A stretch of DNA of 64,000 bases from Phormidesmis sp. (GTDB lineage: Bacteria; Cyanobacteriota; Cyanobacteriia; Leptolyngbyales; Leptolyngbyaceae), in assembly GCA_965248535.1 (NCBI GenBank), contig CBDFJR010000005.1:1408001-1472000 (forward strand). The letters are read 5' to 3'. A program made the translations under genes and the position numbers. Position 1 is the stretch's first letter, and every line of letters begins with the position of its first letter. The notes beneath the pieces were generated by a model. The model saw only the letters and a program-made list of their open reading frames with translations, had not been told where the DNA came from and ran no database searches. Shown here in pieces: positions 39,797 to 49,721 of the stretch.

Positions 39797-42023
39797 AGAT
39801 GGATGCGTTTAGATAGTGCGCGATCGCGCATTCCAATGAAGGCAAAAGGATGCCCCGTTCGCTGGTGAGGGCTGAATAGATCGGGCGCGGTGCCGCCAAA
39901 CCTAGCGACTCAGTAGAACAAGCCTGAACCTGAGACGGGTCAAACCCGGCGAGATCGGCCACCACTTTGGCAAACGCTGCCCAGCTAATGGCTCCCAGAT
40001 TTGCCAGATGCCAGAGTCCGCATTCTCGATCGATCAGCAGATCAAGGGTTGCATTGACCAGATCAGGCACATAGGTCGGAGAAATCACCGTGTCTTCGGC
40101 GGCAAAAAAAGGCTGCCCAGTGGCTAGGGTGCGTCGAGCGATCGCGAGAAAGTTATCGTCGTCCCACGGCCCAAAAAAGGCGCTAGTGCGGATCACGAGA
40201 GCACGAGCATTGAGATCTAAAACCCATCGTTCGGCGATCGCTTTGCTCTGCCCATAGACATTGAGCGGCGCAACTTTATCGCTTTCAACATAGGGAACTG
40301 TGCGATCGCCATCAAAAACTAAATCCGATGAAAACGTCACAAATGCGATCGCTTGCTCGGCGCAGGCTTTGGCTAACAGGGCGGCTCCGTCTGCGTTGAC
40401 TTGCCGACACAGGTGAGGGTGATGCTCGGCCTCGTCAACTCGCACATATCCAGCCGTGTTGATCACCGCCCAGGGCTTGAGATCGGCTAAGACCTGAGTA
40501 ATTGACTCTGGTTGGGTAATATCTAGATCTTGCCGCATCAGCAACCGATAGGGCAGACCCCGAATCTCGCAGAGACGGGCAAAGGCACGGCCCAGGGTGC
40601 CACTAGCGCCAGTGATCACGATCGGAGTTTTTGAGCCGTGGGGTTTGGCGATCGTTGCCTGACGGGGTGAATAGATCAAGCGTTGAGCACGTCTCCACCA
40701 GCCCAATTCTTGCAAAACGGGATGGGTGTAGTCTTGATGATTGCCCAAGTGACGCAGCATCTCGGCAAGGGCCGTGGGGCGGGGCGTGGGCGATCGCAGG
40801 TCAAAAACGCCCGGCTCATAAAATCCGTCGCTCTGGGTGAGCAGCGTGTTCCAATCATAGGCACCGAGCAGCGACCAAGCGGTGACGGCTCTAATATCCG
40901 CTCCTGATTGGCGAAGCTGGTCTGCGGCATCCCAGGCTTCTTTAAACCAGCGCAGTTGTTCTTCACGAGTGCAGCCTAAATGCACCTCGGTCAGGGCGAT
41001 CGAGCGGCCATAGCGATCCCACACTTCTTGAAGGAGATGGCGATGCCCAAAAATGCCTTCAGGACAGACCCGCACGGCTTCGACATCGGCATATTGATGT
41101 CTGCCGTTGCCGCCGTGAAGTTGGGGCGGGTAGCGATCGAGGCGTTCGTCTAGGAAGCGATCGCTGGTCAAATAGTGGTTAATGCCAAACACATCCGGCG
41201 GACAAGGGTTTTCGAGAAACCACTCTAAATCGGATTCTAGAATTCCAATTTTGCATAGCTCATGCCAAAAAAAATGAGTGCGATCGAGCCGCCCACACAG
41301 CAGATCAAAGCTTAACCAACGACGCTCGTTTTCAAACTCTGCCTGATAGTTGAGTAAAGATGTGCTGGACACTTTGCCCAAGTCTTCGGTTTGAATCAGT
41401 TGGGCATCGGGATTGATCTGGCGAATCGCCTGCATTGAGAGCACGATCGCTCGGCACTGATTCAGCAATGTGTGGGCAAACGTCAGGGGATCTTGCCCGT
41501 GGGGATACCAATGACCATACAATCCGCTAAATCGGGCCGTGGTCAGTGGCTCATTGATGGGTGTATAGCGCCTCACCCAGGGATAGCGGGCAGCTACCGC
41601 TTGGGCAAATTTGGCCAGTTTTTGAGCAAAGGCAGGATCGATCAGGCTGGTGTGAGCGGGCCCGCTGCCGTGATGAACTAAGCCTACGATCGGTTCAATT
41701 TCCAATTCTCGCAGTCGTTGCAGTCGCTGATCAACCCACGACCAATCGGCTTGATCGAGATTTCCGGGTGCGATGCGTTCCCATAGCACCGGGTAGCGAA
41801 TTGCTGTCACCCCCAGTGATGCAAATAGCTCTAGATCAGTGATGCGATCGGCGTGTCCGTTGCGTTGAAGTTGATCAAAATATTGATTGCCAACGCGATT
41901 GACCGTGCATTCCACGCCTGCCCAAAGTTCTACTTCAGATTTTTGCACCACAGCATTCGCAATCTGTGCTCGATCGTGAGGGTGCCAGCGTTCCACGGGC
42001 TGACTGATTATCGAGGTTCTCAT
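39795..42023 (-). CDS. Fusion of a family 1 glycoside hydrolase-like domain and an RmlD-like (dTDP-4-dehydrorhamnose reductase) domain
   Basis: TPINEP and LTEVH glutamates in the GH part; ITGASGTLG, SSDLVFDG, YGQSK, SPTYVPDL in the SDR part. Confidence 0.88.
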   Translation of the reverse strand: MRTSIISQPVERWHPHDRAQIANAVVQKSEVELWAGVECTVNRVGNQYFDQLQRNGHADRITDLELFASLGVTAIRYPVLWERIAPGNLDQADWSWVDQRLQRLRELEIEPIVGLVHHGSGPAHTSLIDPAFAQKLAKFAQAVAARYPWVRRYTPINEPLTTARFSGLYGHWYPHGQDPLTFAHTLLNQCRAIVLSMQAIRQINPDAQLIQTEDLGKVSSTSLLNYQAEFENERRWLSFDLLCGRLDRTHFFWHELCKIGILESDLEWFLENPCPPDVFGINHYLTSDRFLDERLDRYPPQLHGGNGRHQYADVEAVRVCPEGIFGHRHLLQEVWDRYGRSIALTEVHLGCTREEQLRWFKEAWDAADQLRQSGADIRAVTAWSLLGAYDWNTLLTQSDGFYEPGVFDLRSPTPRPTALAEMLRHLGNHQDYTHPVLQELGWWRRAQRLIYSPRQATIAKPHGSKTPIVITGASGTLGRAFARLCEIRGLPYRLLMRQDLDITQPESITQVLADLKPWAVINTAGYVRVDEAEHHPHLCRQVNADGAALLAKACAEQAIAFVTFSSDLVFDGDRTVPYVESDKVAPLNVYGQSKAIAERWVLDLNARALVIRTSAFFGPWDDDNFLAIARRTLATGQPFFAAEDTVISPTYVPDLVNATLDLLIDRECGLWHLANLGAISWAAFAKVVADLAGFDPSQVQACSTESLGLAAPRPIYSALTSERGILLPSLECAIAHYLNASI

Positions 42024-42064
42024 CCCTATATTTCAATCCAAATTAACCGAGCGATCGGGTGACA

Positions 42065-43210
42065 CTATCGAACGGTTCCTGCCAAGGCGTGACCGTTTTT
42101 TTCTTCGGGCTGCCAGCGGGTGCGATCGCTGAGTTTTGCATAGGTCGCAAGAGCCTGAGCCACCACTTGATCCATGTTGTAATACTTATAGGTGGCGAGT
42201 CGCCCGACAAATTCCACATTAGGGGTGGTGTCGGCTAGGGCTTTATATTTTTTGTAGAGTTCGGCATTTTCGGGGCGCGGCACCGGATAGTAAGGATCGC
42301 CCTCTGCTTTCGGAAATTCGTAAACAATGCTGGTTTTAGAATGCTCCTGCCCGGTGAGATATTTAAACTCAGTGATGCGCGTATAGAGATGCTCATTGGG
42401 ATAGTTGACGACGGGCGCTGATTGATGAACGGATTCGTTCAGAGTCTCGTGTTTAAAGTCCAGCGATCGGTAGGGCAATTTGCCAAACCGATAGTCAAAA
42501 AATTCGTCTACGGGCCCGGTGTAGATCATCTCCTTGTAGGGAATCATGTCGCGAATTTCTCGATAGTCAGTGTTAAGCATCACCTTAATATTGGGATGAC
42601 TCAGCACATTCTCAAACATCCGCGTAAACCCGTGCAGCGGCATGGCTTGATAAGTGTCAGTGAAGTAGCGATCGTCGCGATTGGTGCGAGTCGGCACCCG
42701 CGCCGTGACCGATTTATCCAACTCTGAGGGGTCAATGCCCCACTGTTTGCGGGTGTAGTTGCGAAAGAATTTTTCATACAATTCTCGCCCAACTTTGCTC
42801 ACCACCACATCTTCAGAGGTGCGAATTGAGTCTTTGGGTTCTGCGACTGACTCAAAGAATTTCTCAAGCTCAAAGGCGTTGAGATTCAGTCCGTATAATT
42901 TGTTAATCGTGTTGAGATTAATGGGAATCGGCACCAACTGTCCATCGACACTCGCCAAAACCCGATGCTCATAGCGTCGCCACTCGGTGAAGTGAGACAG
43001 ATATTCAAACACGTCGCGAGAATTGGTGTGAAAGATGTGCGGGCCGTATTTGTGGACTAAAACCCCGGCTTCGTTGTAGTGATCATAGGCGTTGCCGCCG
43101 ATGTGGTTGCGACGATCGACGATCAGCACTTTTTTGCCAGACTGATTAGCAAGCCGTTCTGCCAGAATGCTGCCAGCAAATCCGGCTCCTACAATTAAAT
43201 AATCAAACAT
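42065..43210 (-). CDS. glf: UDP-galactopyranose mutase
   Basis: VGAGFAG, HIGGNAYD, HKYGPHIFHT, PYYPV, GRLATYKYYNMDQV. Confidence 0.96.
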   Translation of the reverse strand: MFDYLIVGAGFAGSILAERLANQSGKKVLIVDRRNHIGGNAYDHYNEAGVLVHKYGPHIFHTNSRDVFEYLSHFTEWRRYEHRVLASVDGQLVPIPINLNTINKLYGLNLNAFELEKFFESVAEPKDSIRTSEDVVVSKVGRELYEKFFRNYTRKQWGIDPSELDKSVTARVPTRTNRDDRYFTDTYQAMPLHGFTRMFENVLSHPNIKVMLNTDYREIRDMIPYKEMIYTGPVDEFFDYRFGKLPYRSLDFKHETLNESVHQSAPVVNYPNEHLYTRITEFKYLTGQEHSKTSIVYEFPKAEGDPYYPVPRPENAELYKKYKALADTTPNVEFVGRLATYKYYNMDQVVAQALATYAKLSDRTRWQPEEKNGHALAGTVR

Positions 43211-43246
43211 CGCAAGACCTTTTTATAAATGATTGAGACAGAGCAA

Positions 43247-44512
43247 CTAGAGGTCTGAGGGCGACCTAGAAGAGGTCTTGACCGTTGAGACGACCGACCC
43301 GATCAGGTGGTTCATGCTGTCCCAGGTCTGATCCCACGAGTTTTGAGATAGAAAGGCATCGACGCGATCGAGCCATTCAGAATCTTGTTGAGCGATTTGC
43401 AGCGCAGTTTCAATGGCTGCCACAAACTCAGCGGGATCATCAGCAATTTGCACCAATCCCAACTCTCCATAGGGACGCACCACATCACAGATTGAGGTCG
43501 AAACCACGGGCTTTCCGGCCGCAAGATATTCGGGCGTTTTGGTGGGGCTGATAAATCGAGTCGATTCGTTGCGGGCAAAGGGCAAGAGGGCGACATCCCA
43601 CCCGGCTAGATAATTAGGCAATTCTTGGTAAGACTTGCCGCCAAGATAATGAAGATTAGAACGCTGCGGTAATGTAGCAGGATCAATTTTTACAACGGGG
43701 CCGATTAAGACAAAATGCCAGTCAGGGCGGGCATCTGCAACCCCTGCAAGCAGGTCGATATCCATGCGTTCGTCAATCACACCATAAAAGCCGAGACGCA
43801 GATGGGGAATGTTGACCTGATCGGGAGGTTCGGCGATCGGGTGACGGGCCCGGGCAAAATGAGGGGCATCAATGCTGCTCGGAAAAGCATAGACATTGGG
43901 ATGCTGATGTCGCTTAACCTCATAGAGGCTTTGCCCCCCCGTAAACACCAAATCTGCTTTTTGAAATAGCTCCAGTTCTCGCTCTCTCAACGCTGGGGGA
44001 GCACCTTGAAATGCCGAGAGTTCGTCCATGCAGTCGTAAACGATCGCCAACGGCTGAAGATGATCGGTAAACGCCAGCGCCATCGGCGTGTAATACCAGA
44101 AGACATAATCACAAATTTTACAGGCTGCGAATAAGTCATCTAATAGCTGTCTTTGAAGCGCGATCGTGGCTTCGTGCTCTAACCCTTGGGGCAGATGAGG
44201 CACCACCACCCAAACGCCACACTCGCGCCGACTCAAAGCTAGCCAAGCGTGATCGTCTGGGCCAAACAGGGGTTCTTCAATCAAAAAAACTCGTCGATCT
44301 TGGACGCACCGAGTCAACAAATGCTGAGGGCGTTGATAGACAAAATCCCATCGCAGGTGAGATAGACAAATCAAATCAGGTGTGCCTGGAAAAGCATTTT
44401 CTAAGCTAGAACTATCTTGATTTATCCAGTGCAGTTTTGAATGTTTAAGGTCTGCTTTTGTAGATGGGTTTTGGGACAGATTGTGTACAGTCTGTTGATT
44501 AGATTGGGACAT
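43247..44512 (-). CDS. GT-B glycosyltransferase (group 1/GT4-like)
   Basis: SHLRWDFVYQRPQHL, YDCMDELSAF, SPTKTPEYLAAGKPVVST. Confidence 0.9.
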   Translation of the reverse strand: MSQSNQQTVHNLSQNPSTKADLKHSKLHWINQDSSSLENAFPGTPDLICLSHLRWDFVYQRPQHLLTRCVQDRRVFLIEEPLFGPDDHAWLALSRRECGVWVVVPHLPQGLEHEATIALQRQLLDDLFAACKICDYVFWYYTPMALAFTDHLQPLAIVYDCMDELSAFQGAPPALRERELELFQKADLVFTGGQSLYEVKRHQHPNVYAFPSSIDAPHFARARHPIAEPPDQVNIPHLRLGFYGVIDERMDIDLLAGVADARPDWHFVLIGPVVKIDPATLPQRSNLHYLGGKSYQELPNYLAGWDVALLPFARNESTRFISPTKTPEYLAAGKPVVSTSICDVVRPYGELGLVQIADDPAEFVAAIETALQIAQQDSEWLDRVDAFLSQNSWDQTWDSMNHLIGSVVSTVKTSSRSPSDL

Positions 44513-45186
44513 AAGTTGTCTCAATAAATTAGATTATTGGAGGGTTTATAAGTTGCTTAAGTCGTAAAAGTTGAGATGAACTAGAGCGCTCAACTAACAA
44601 GCTGTAAATAGATAGATACGCTTTCTACTGAGAGTTGTCAACGTGGTCACAGGATTAAAAAGGCTCGATCGAGATTTTTAGCAATCATTATTGACTCGAT
44701 ACCATGTTAATAACCAATCTGCTATTTTGGCTTCCATCTAAAGTCCAAAATCACTTCTCTCTTGAGATAGATAGTTTTGTCTCGCAAAATGATATTCTCG
44801 TTTAATTTTTAATTTAATACCGTGCTGTCATATACGAAATGCAGTGAGCCATTTCTTTGCTATGCCGTTGCTTAAAGAGTCAAGCAGATTGGGTCTAGGC
44901 AACTGATGGCAATCCAGATATTTGTGCGATGTAGCGTGAAAATCTAGCATGACCACTCATCTCTAATTAGGTTCAAACTATGCCCAAGATGCTAAAAGTG
45001 TTGCTAAGAACAACCACCACAAGTTCTAGAATTGTCGGTGGCATCTCAACCTCTCTTGGGGGTAGGACTCTGGTTAGAAGGCTTCAAGCTATACTCAGAG
45101 CTAGAGGCTAGGAATTAGGAATTAACTCATTTTTTGAGTTTTGAGCGGACAGCGATCGCGACATTTGTACAAAAGGGCTTGACGCA

Positions 45187-46247
45187 ATGGTTCAAAAAAT
45201 TGCCTTATTCAACAACAAGGGCGGAGTCAGCAAGACGACAACCACCTTCAACCTGGGCTGGATGCTTGCCTCTAAAGGGAAAAGAGTAATCCTTGTAGAC
45301 AGTGACCCCCAATGTAATCTCACAGGCATGGCTTTGGGAGAAGAAACTGAGGATGACGAGGCGAGAATTCAAGAAATCTACAACACAACTTCAAACATCA
45401 AGACAGGATTGGCTCCCGCGTTTGAGTCACAGCCTAGAGCCATTGAAGCGGTTGATTGTATTCCTATACAAGGTCGGGACGGCTTATTTCTCTTGCCTGG
45501 TCACGTCGGCTTTGCTGAGTATGAAGTAACACTAGGTATTGCTCAAGAATTAAGTGGCTCAATCCAAGCGCTTAAGAATTTACCAGGTGCTATCAATGAT
45601 CTGCTTGAGAAAACAGCGTCCAAATTCAGCGCTGATTATTTGCTGATCGATATGAGTCCAAGCTTAGGATCAATCAATCAAAACTTGCTGATGACGAGCG
45701 ACTTCTTTTTAGTACCTACCACGGCGGATTTCTTCTCTGTTATGGCAATTCATTCCTTGGCAAAAGTTTTACCAAGATGGAGCGCTTGGGCAAAATCGGC
45801 AAGCTCACTTCCAGCGCTGAAAGAAGCTAACTATCCGTTCCCCAACTTTAACCTGCATTTTCTAGGAACTATCGTTCAAAACTATCGCATCATACGAGGT
45901 AAGGAGACTACGGCATTTCAAACTTGGATTGAGAAGATTGAGCAAGCTGTTTCTGAAAATTGATTCCAACCCTGCGTCAAAGTAATATATTGCTACCTGA
46001 CCATCTTTATAAAGAGCAAAGGGTTGAGGATAGTTTTACGCTGACGAAGATCTCAAACTTCAATAGTCTGATTGCTTTGTCTCAAAAACATCGCACCCCG
46101 GTCTATGCCTTGACTCCTCAACAGTTAAATCAGACAGGAAAGGTATTAGAGAATAATAAGGAGAAGCAGAAAGAGTTTGAAAAAACCTTTTCTGACCTAG
46201 CAGACAAGATTATTGCATTGAGTTCCGCGTATGCAGTCAGCGCTTGA
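45187..46247 (+). pseudogene. ParA/Soj-family ATPase split by a 1-nt frameshift at about 45956-45960 (ORFs 45187-45963 and 45960-46247)
   Basis: NNKGGVSKTT deviant Walker A, VDSDPQCNLT, IDMSPSLG; adding one A to GAAAAT gives ...AVSEKLIPTLRQ... and joins the ParA-like tail ISNFNSLIALSQKHRTPVYAL. Confidence 0.85.
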
Positions 46248-46974
46248 CCAATTTCGCATCAGCATTGGTCGCGTCCGAGACCTGATTGCGCTTCATAACT
46301 CTGTCAAATCTCAAGCTACTGGCGCACTTGATGTGTCAGATATGCTGCGTGCTGCGCTAGTGCTGGCTGTGAGCGCACTGGCTCATTACGTTCATGAAGT
46401 TGTGACGTTGGGAATGCTAGAAATCCACCGAGGACAACGTTCTGAGCCAAAGGCGTTCTCCCGCTTCCAAGTGTCTTTGGGTAGTGCACGTCAGGATCGA
46501 CTAACCGCGATCGCGATTGCAGGTTGGCTTGAAAATGAAGTTCAACAAGCTCACGACTATACATTTCTCCAGCAATCCCACACGGTCTCAGCTTTAATCC
46601 CTGCAATATCAGATGGTGTTCTAAATCGGCTCAATAATACATCTTGGCTAGAGAGTGAGATTCGAGAACGTCTAGGATATCAGAGCTTTCAGCAAGCAGA
46701 CAAAATTGCTGAGGCCATCAGATACATCTCAGACAAAAAATTGTGGGATAAGATTGCAATCCAGATCAATAAACCTGCGAAAGATATCAAGCAACAACTA
46801 AATTCGATTGTTGATCGGAGAAATAAAATTGCTCATGAAGCCGACATAGACCCAACGTTTAATCTTGGAAGTCGATGGAACATTGATGAAGTGCTGGTGA
46901 CTGGTGCGGTTGACTTTATTGAAATGCTTGTTGAGAGCATCCATCAAGTGTTGCAGCAACAGCACACGGTATAA
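46231..46974 (+). CDS. HEPN-domain protein (RiboL-PSP/MAE-type), putative RNase
   Basis: DMLRAALVLAVSAL...HE N-terminal helix, SFQQ, RxxxxH motif RNKIAH; start overlaps the ParA 3' end by 17 nt. Confidence 0.85.
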   Translation: MQSALDQFRISIGRVRDLIALHNSVKSQATGALDVSDMLRAALVLAVSALAHYVHEVVTLGMLEIHRGQRSEPKAFSRFQVSLGSARQDRLTAIAIAGWLENEVQQAHDYTFLQQSHTVSALIPAISDGVLNRLNNTSWLESEIRERLGYQSFQQADKIAEAIRYISDKKLWDKIAIQINKPAKDIKQQLNSIVDRRNKIAHEADIDPTFNLGSRWNIDEVLVTGAVDFIEMLVESIHQVLQQQHTV

Positions 46975-47072
46975 GCAAGCACAAGTTATTTGAGTTAATA
47001 AACAAATCTTTACAATTCAAGCAGGCGCGATAAAATCGGACAGTGAGCCTCATTAAGTCCGCCAGAGTTTCC

Positions 47073-48488
47073 ATGAATTTAGAAGACAGAATTTCAGCGA
47101 TCGTGCCCCAACTTTCCCCTAAAAACAGCGCATTTGCAGCCGGAGGCAGTGACCCCACGCGCTTTGACTGGCAAGAAGCCTGGCACCCGATCGCTTATCT
47201 AGCAGACCTCGATCGGGCTGCCCTCACCCCCTTCACGCTGCTCGATCGCGATCTCGTCATCTGGTGGGATCGTCACAGTCAAGCTTGGCGAGTGTTTGAT
47301 GACCAGTGCCCACACCGACTCGCCTCACTTTCTCAAGGCAGGGTTGCCGAAGACGGACTGTTAGAGTGTCCCTATCACGGCTGGGCGTTTGCCGGAGACG
47401 GACAGTGCGATCGCATTCCTCAACAGCCCGCAGAGGGTGTAGCTCATCTCGCTCAAAGAGCCTGTGCTGCGTCGCTGCCCACGGCTATGGCTCAGGGTTT
47501 GCTGTTTGTCTATGCAGGTCAGCCCGAAAATGCTGAAAAAGTCACCGTCCCGATCGTCGCAGCCCTCGAAGAATCGCCTGAGGAGTGGGTGTGTCTCAAC
47601 ACCTTTCGCGATCTGCCCTACGACGCGCTGACGCTGTTAGAAAACGTGCTCGATTCTAGTCATTTGCCTTTCACTCACCACAAATCAGTGGGCAATCGTG
47701 TCAATGCTGCCCCGGTTGAGTTAGAGGTGGTTGAGTCCGATCGTCAGGGCTTTAGAGGCGTGTGGGCAGAAGGGCCGCGCCGAGGCACGTTAGGGCGACA
47801 AGATACTGCATTTGTTGCGCCGAATTTAATGTGGCACGATCTCACCTCCAAACAGTTTGGCAGAACGCTAACCGTGGTCTATGCCACCCCCACCCGCAAG
47901 GGAGAATGTCGCCTATTCGCGATTTTTCCGTTTAAGTTTTCGGCCAAAATTCCTGCGTTTTTCATCAAGCTTACCCCGCGCTGGTATTCGCACACCAATC
48001 AAAACGCCATTCTCGAAGATGACCAAATTTTTCTGCATCTCCAAGAGCGCTATTTAGAAAAGCGGGGCGGCAGTCCTAGTTTTGCCAAAGCGTTTTATTT
48101 GCCCACTCGCGCCGATCGCTTTGTGAGTGAGTTGCGTCAATGGGTCAACCAATATCACGCCAATCCGTTTGAGGGTCAGGCGCTGACTCCGGCGTTATCT
48201 AAAGAGCAATTGCTCGATCGCTATCACTCTCACACCAAAAACTGCGCGAGTTGTCGCACGGCCTTGGCAAGAATTCAGCAAATTCGAGCCGTTTGTATCG
48301 GGATTGGTGCGATCGCGCTAGCAATGGTTCCGATCGCGTCCCTAAGTCTCAATCAACCTGCTGCTTGGATTGAATCAGCGACCATCTCCCTAGCTGCCCT
48401 GGTCTGGTTTGCGCTAGGTCGATTTGAACGGCGATTTTCTCAAGGGCAGACTGTGCCGCCGCGCAACCTGCCCGAAAAGCGGCGATAG
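47073..48488 (+). CDS. Rieske non-heme iron oxygenase, pheophorbide a oxygenase (PaO)-like family
   Basis: CPHR...CPYHGW Rieske ligands, ENVLDSSHLPFTH, HTKNCASC, C-terminal TM pair. Confidence 0.9.
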   Translation: MNLEDRISAIVPQLSPKNSAFAAGGSDPTRFDWQEAWHPIAYLADLDRAALTPFTLLDRDLVIWWDRHSQAWRVFDDQCPHRLASLSQGRVAEDGLLECPYHGWAFAGDGQCDRIPQQPAEGVAHLAQRACAASLPTAMAQGLLFVYAGQPENAEKVTVPIVAALEESPEEWVCLNTFRDLPYDALTLLENVLDSSHLPFTHHKSVGNRVNAAPVELEVVESDRQGFRGVWAEGPRRGTLGRQDTAFVAPNLMWHDLTSKQFGRTLTVVYATPTRKGECRLFAIFPFKFSAKIPAFFIKLTPRWYSHTNQNAILEDDQIFLHLQERYLEKRGGSPSFAKAFYLPTRADRFVSELRQWVNQYHANPFEGQALTPALSKEQLLDRYHSHTKNCASCRTALARIQQIRAVCIGIGAIALAMVPIASLSLNQPAAWIESATISLAALVWFALGRFERRFSQGQTVPPRNLPEKRR

Positions 48489-48497
48489 CGCGTGAAT

Positions 48498-49187
48498 CTA
48501 GTGATAGAGCCAGCTTGTCCAGGCATATTTTCGCCCCTGAGTGACTGGCAGCGACTGATGAGGATGGGTGTAGCAAGCAGGAAACACGATCGCGCTGCCC
48601 ATTTTGGGTTTGACTTTGATGTCTTGACGATCGAACAACGTCTCGCCGCCCTCACAGTCGTTGAGATAGCCCACCACACTCACGTCTCGCGTCGGAATGC
48701 CTTGTTCAACTTCTTGAAAGCGGCTGGTTAACAAAATGTTATCGACGTGACGCTTATAGTGCTGTCCGGGCAAATAACGCAAAATTGAGCAGGTTTCGGC
48801 ATAGGGAAACTTCACCCCATAATATTTGAACAGCGCTTGCTGCACGATCGCGATTTTGCCTACTAACAACTCGTTGGTTGATTTGAGCAGCGAGTTTTTG
48901 GGGTCAAGCCGCAGTAAGCCACTGCTGCGAACATCGGCATCGACGGTTTCGAGCAAAATTGAAGCAGGTGCAAAGTGAGCCGACTCTGCCACGTCAATAA
49001 TGTGGGCACAGAGCGACGGCTCTAAAAAATCTTCGATCAGCAAAATCTCTGCGCCTAGATCTCTGACAGAATAACTCACAGGGTTCTCTCCAATCGCCGC
49101 ATGGGGCCGTGACTTCCTCAATCTACCCTCAAATATTTGCAGAATCCCACCCCCGATCGTGACATTCTTTAAAGTGCTCAGAGTCAT
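48498..49187 (-). CDS. 2OG-Fe(II) oxygenase (prolyl-hydroxylase-like)
   Basis: YKRHVD, YLNDCEGGETLF, HQSLPVTQGRKY. Confidence 0.88.
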   Translation of the reverse strand: MTLSTLKNVTIGGGILQIFEGRLRKSRPHAAIGENPVSYSVRDLGAEILLIEDFLEPSLCAHIIDVAESAHFAPASILLETVDADVRSSGLLRLDPKNSLLKSTNELLVGKIAIVQQALFKYYGVKFPYAETCSILRYLPGQHYKRHVDNILLTSRFQEVEQGIPTRDVSVVGYLNDCEGGETLFDRQDIKVKPKMGSAIVFPACYTHPHQSLPVTQGRKYAWTSWLYH

Positions 49188-49354
49188 GAGAGCGATCGCG
49201 CTTCTCGACCCAAAGCTTCACAAAGCTGGGATAATGCGGGTTTCCTCATAAAAGATACTGAGACTTATAGGGTAGAGGAACACTTCTACCCTCAGTGTCA
49301 AGTGTTTTAATAGAAACTTAGGTAGTCTAAAAGCAACTAGAGCAGTGATCAATT

Positions 49355-49696
49355 ATGAATTTTCCTGGCAGAATTATCGGGGGTACGCTGGTGGCGATCG
49401 CAGTCGCCTGGATCTTAAACATTGCTGGAGTGTTTCCCTTCAACAATCGGGGCACTAATCAGATTGACGCAACCAACCCCAACGCCCCAAAAACGGGAAC
49501 CCAATCGTTTACCGCCAGCAACTCAGCCAACCGTCCCGGCACTCAAAATTATGGGGCGGTCAGTCAAAATGGTGGCGCTACCAGTCCCACCGCTACCACT
49601 ACTTCTCCGGCATCTTCTGCCAATTCTGGCACCGCTAACCCGGCTGTGGGAAGCACAGTTCCTGCTCAAACGCCTGCGGTGAGAGCAGCATGGTAA
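49355..49696 (+). CDS. Hypothetical protein with N-terminal TM helix and low-complexity Thr/Ala/Ser tail
   Basis: Hydrophobic N-terminus; ends PAVRAAW. Confidence 0.6.
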   Translation: MNFPGRIIGGTLVAIAVAWILNIAGVFPFNNRGTNQIDATNPNAPKTGTQSFTASNSANRPGTQNYGAVSQNGGATSPTATTTSPASSANSGTANPAVGSTVPAQTPAVRAAW

Positions 49697-49721
49697 CTCG
49701 TTGTAGAGCCTAAGCAAAACC

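Noticed and set aside
45187..46247. Chromosome or plasmid partition locus
   Set aside because: No parB, parS-like array or rep gene; the partner is a HEPN protein
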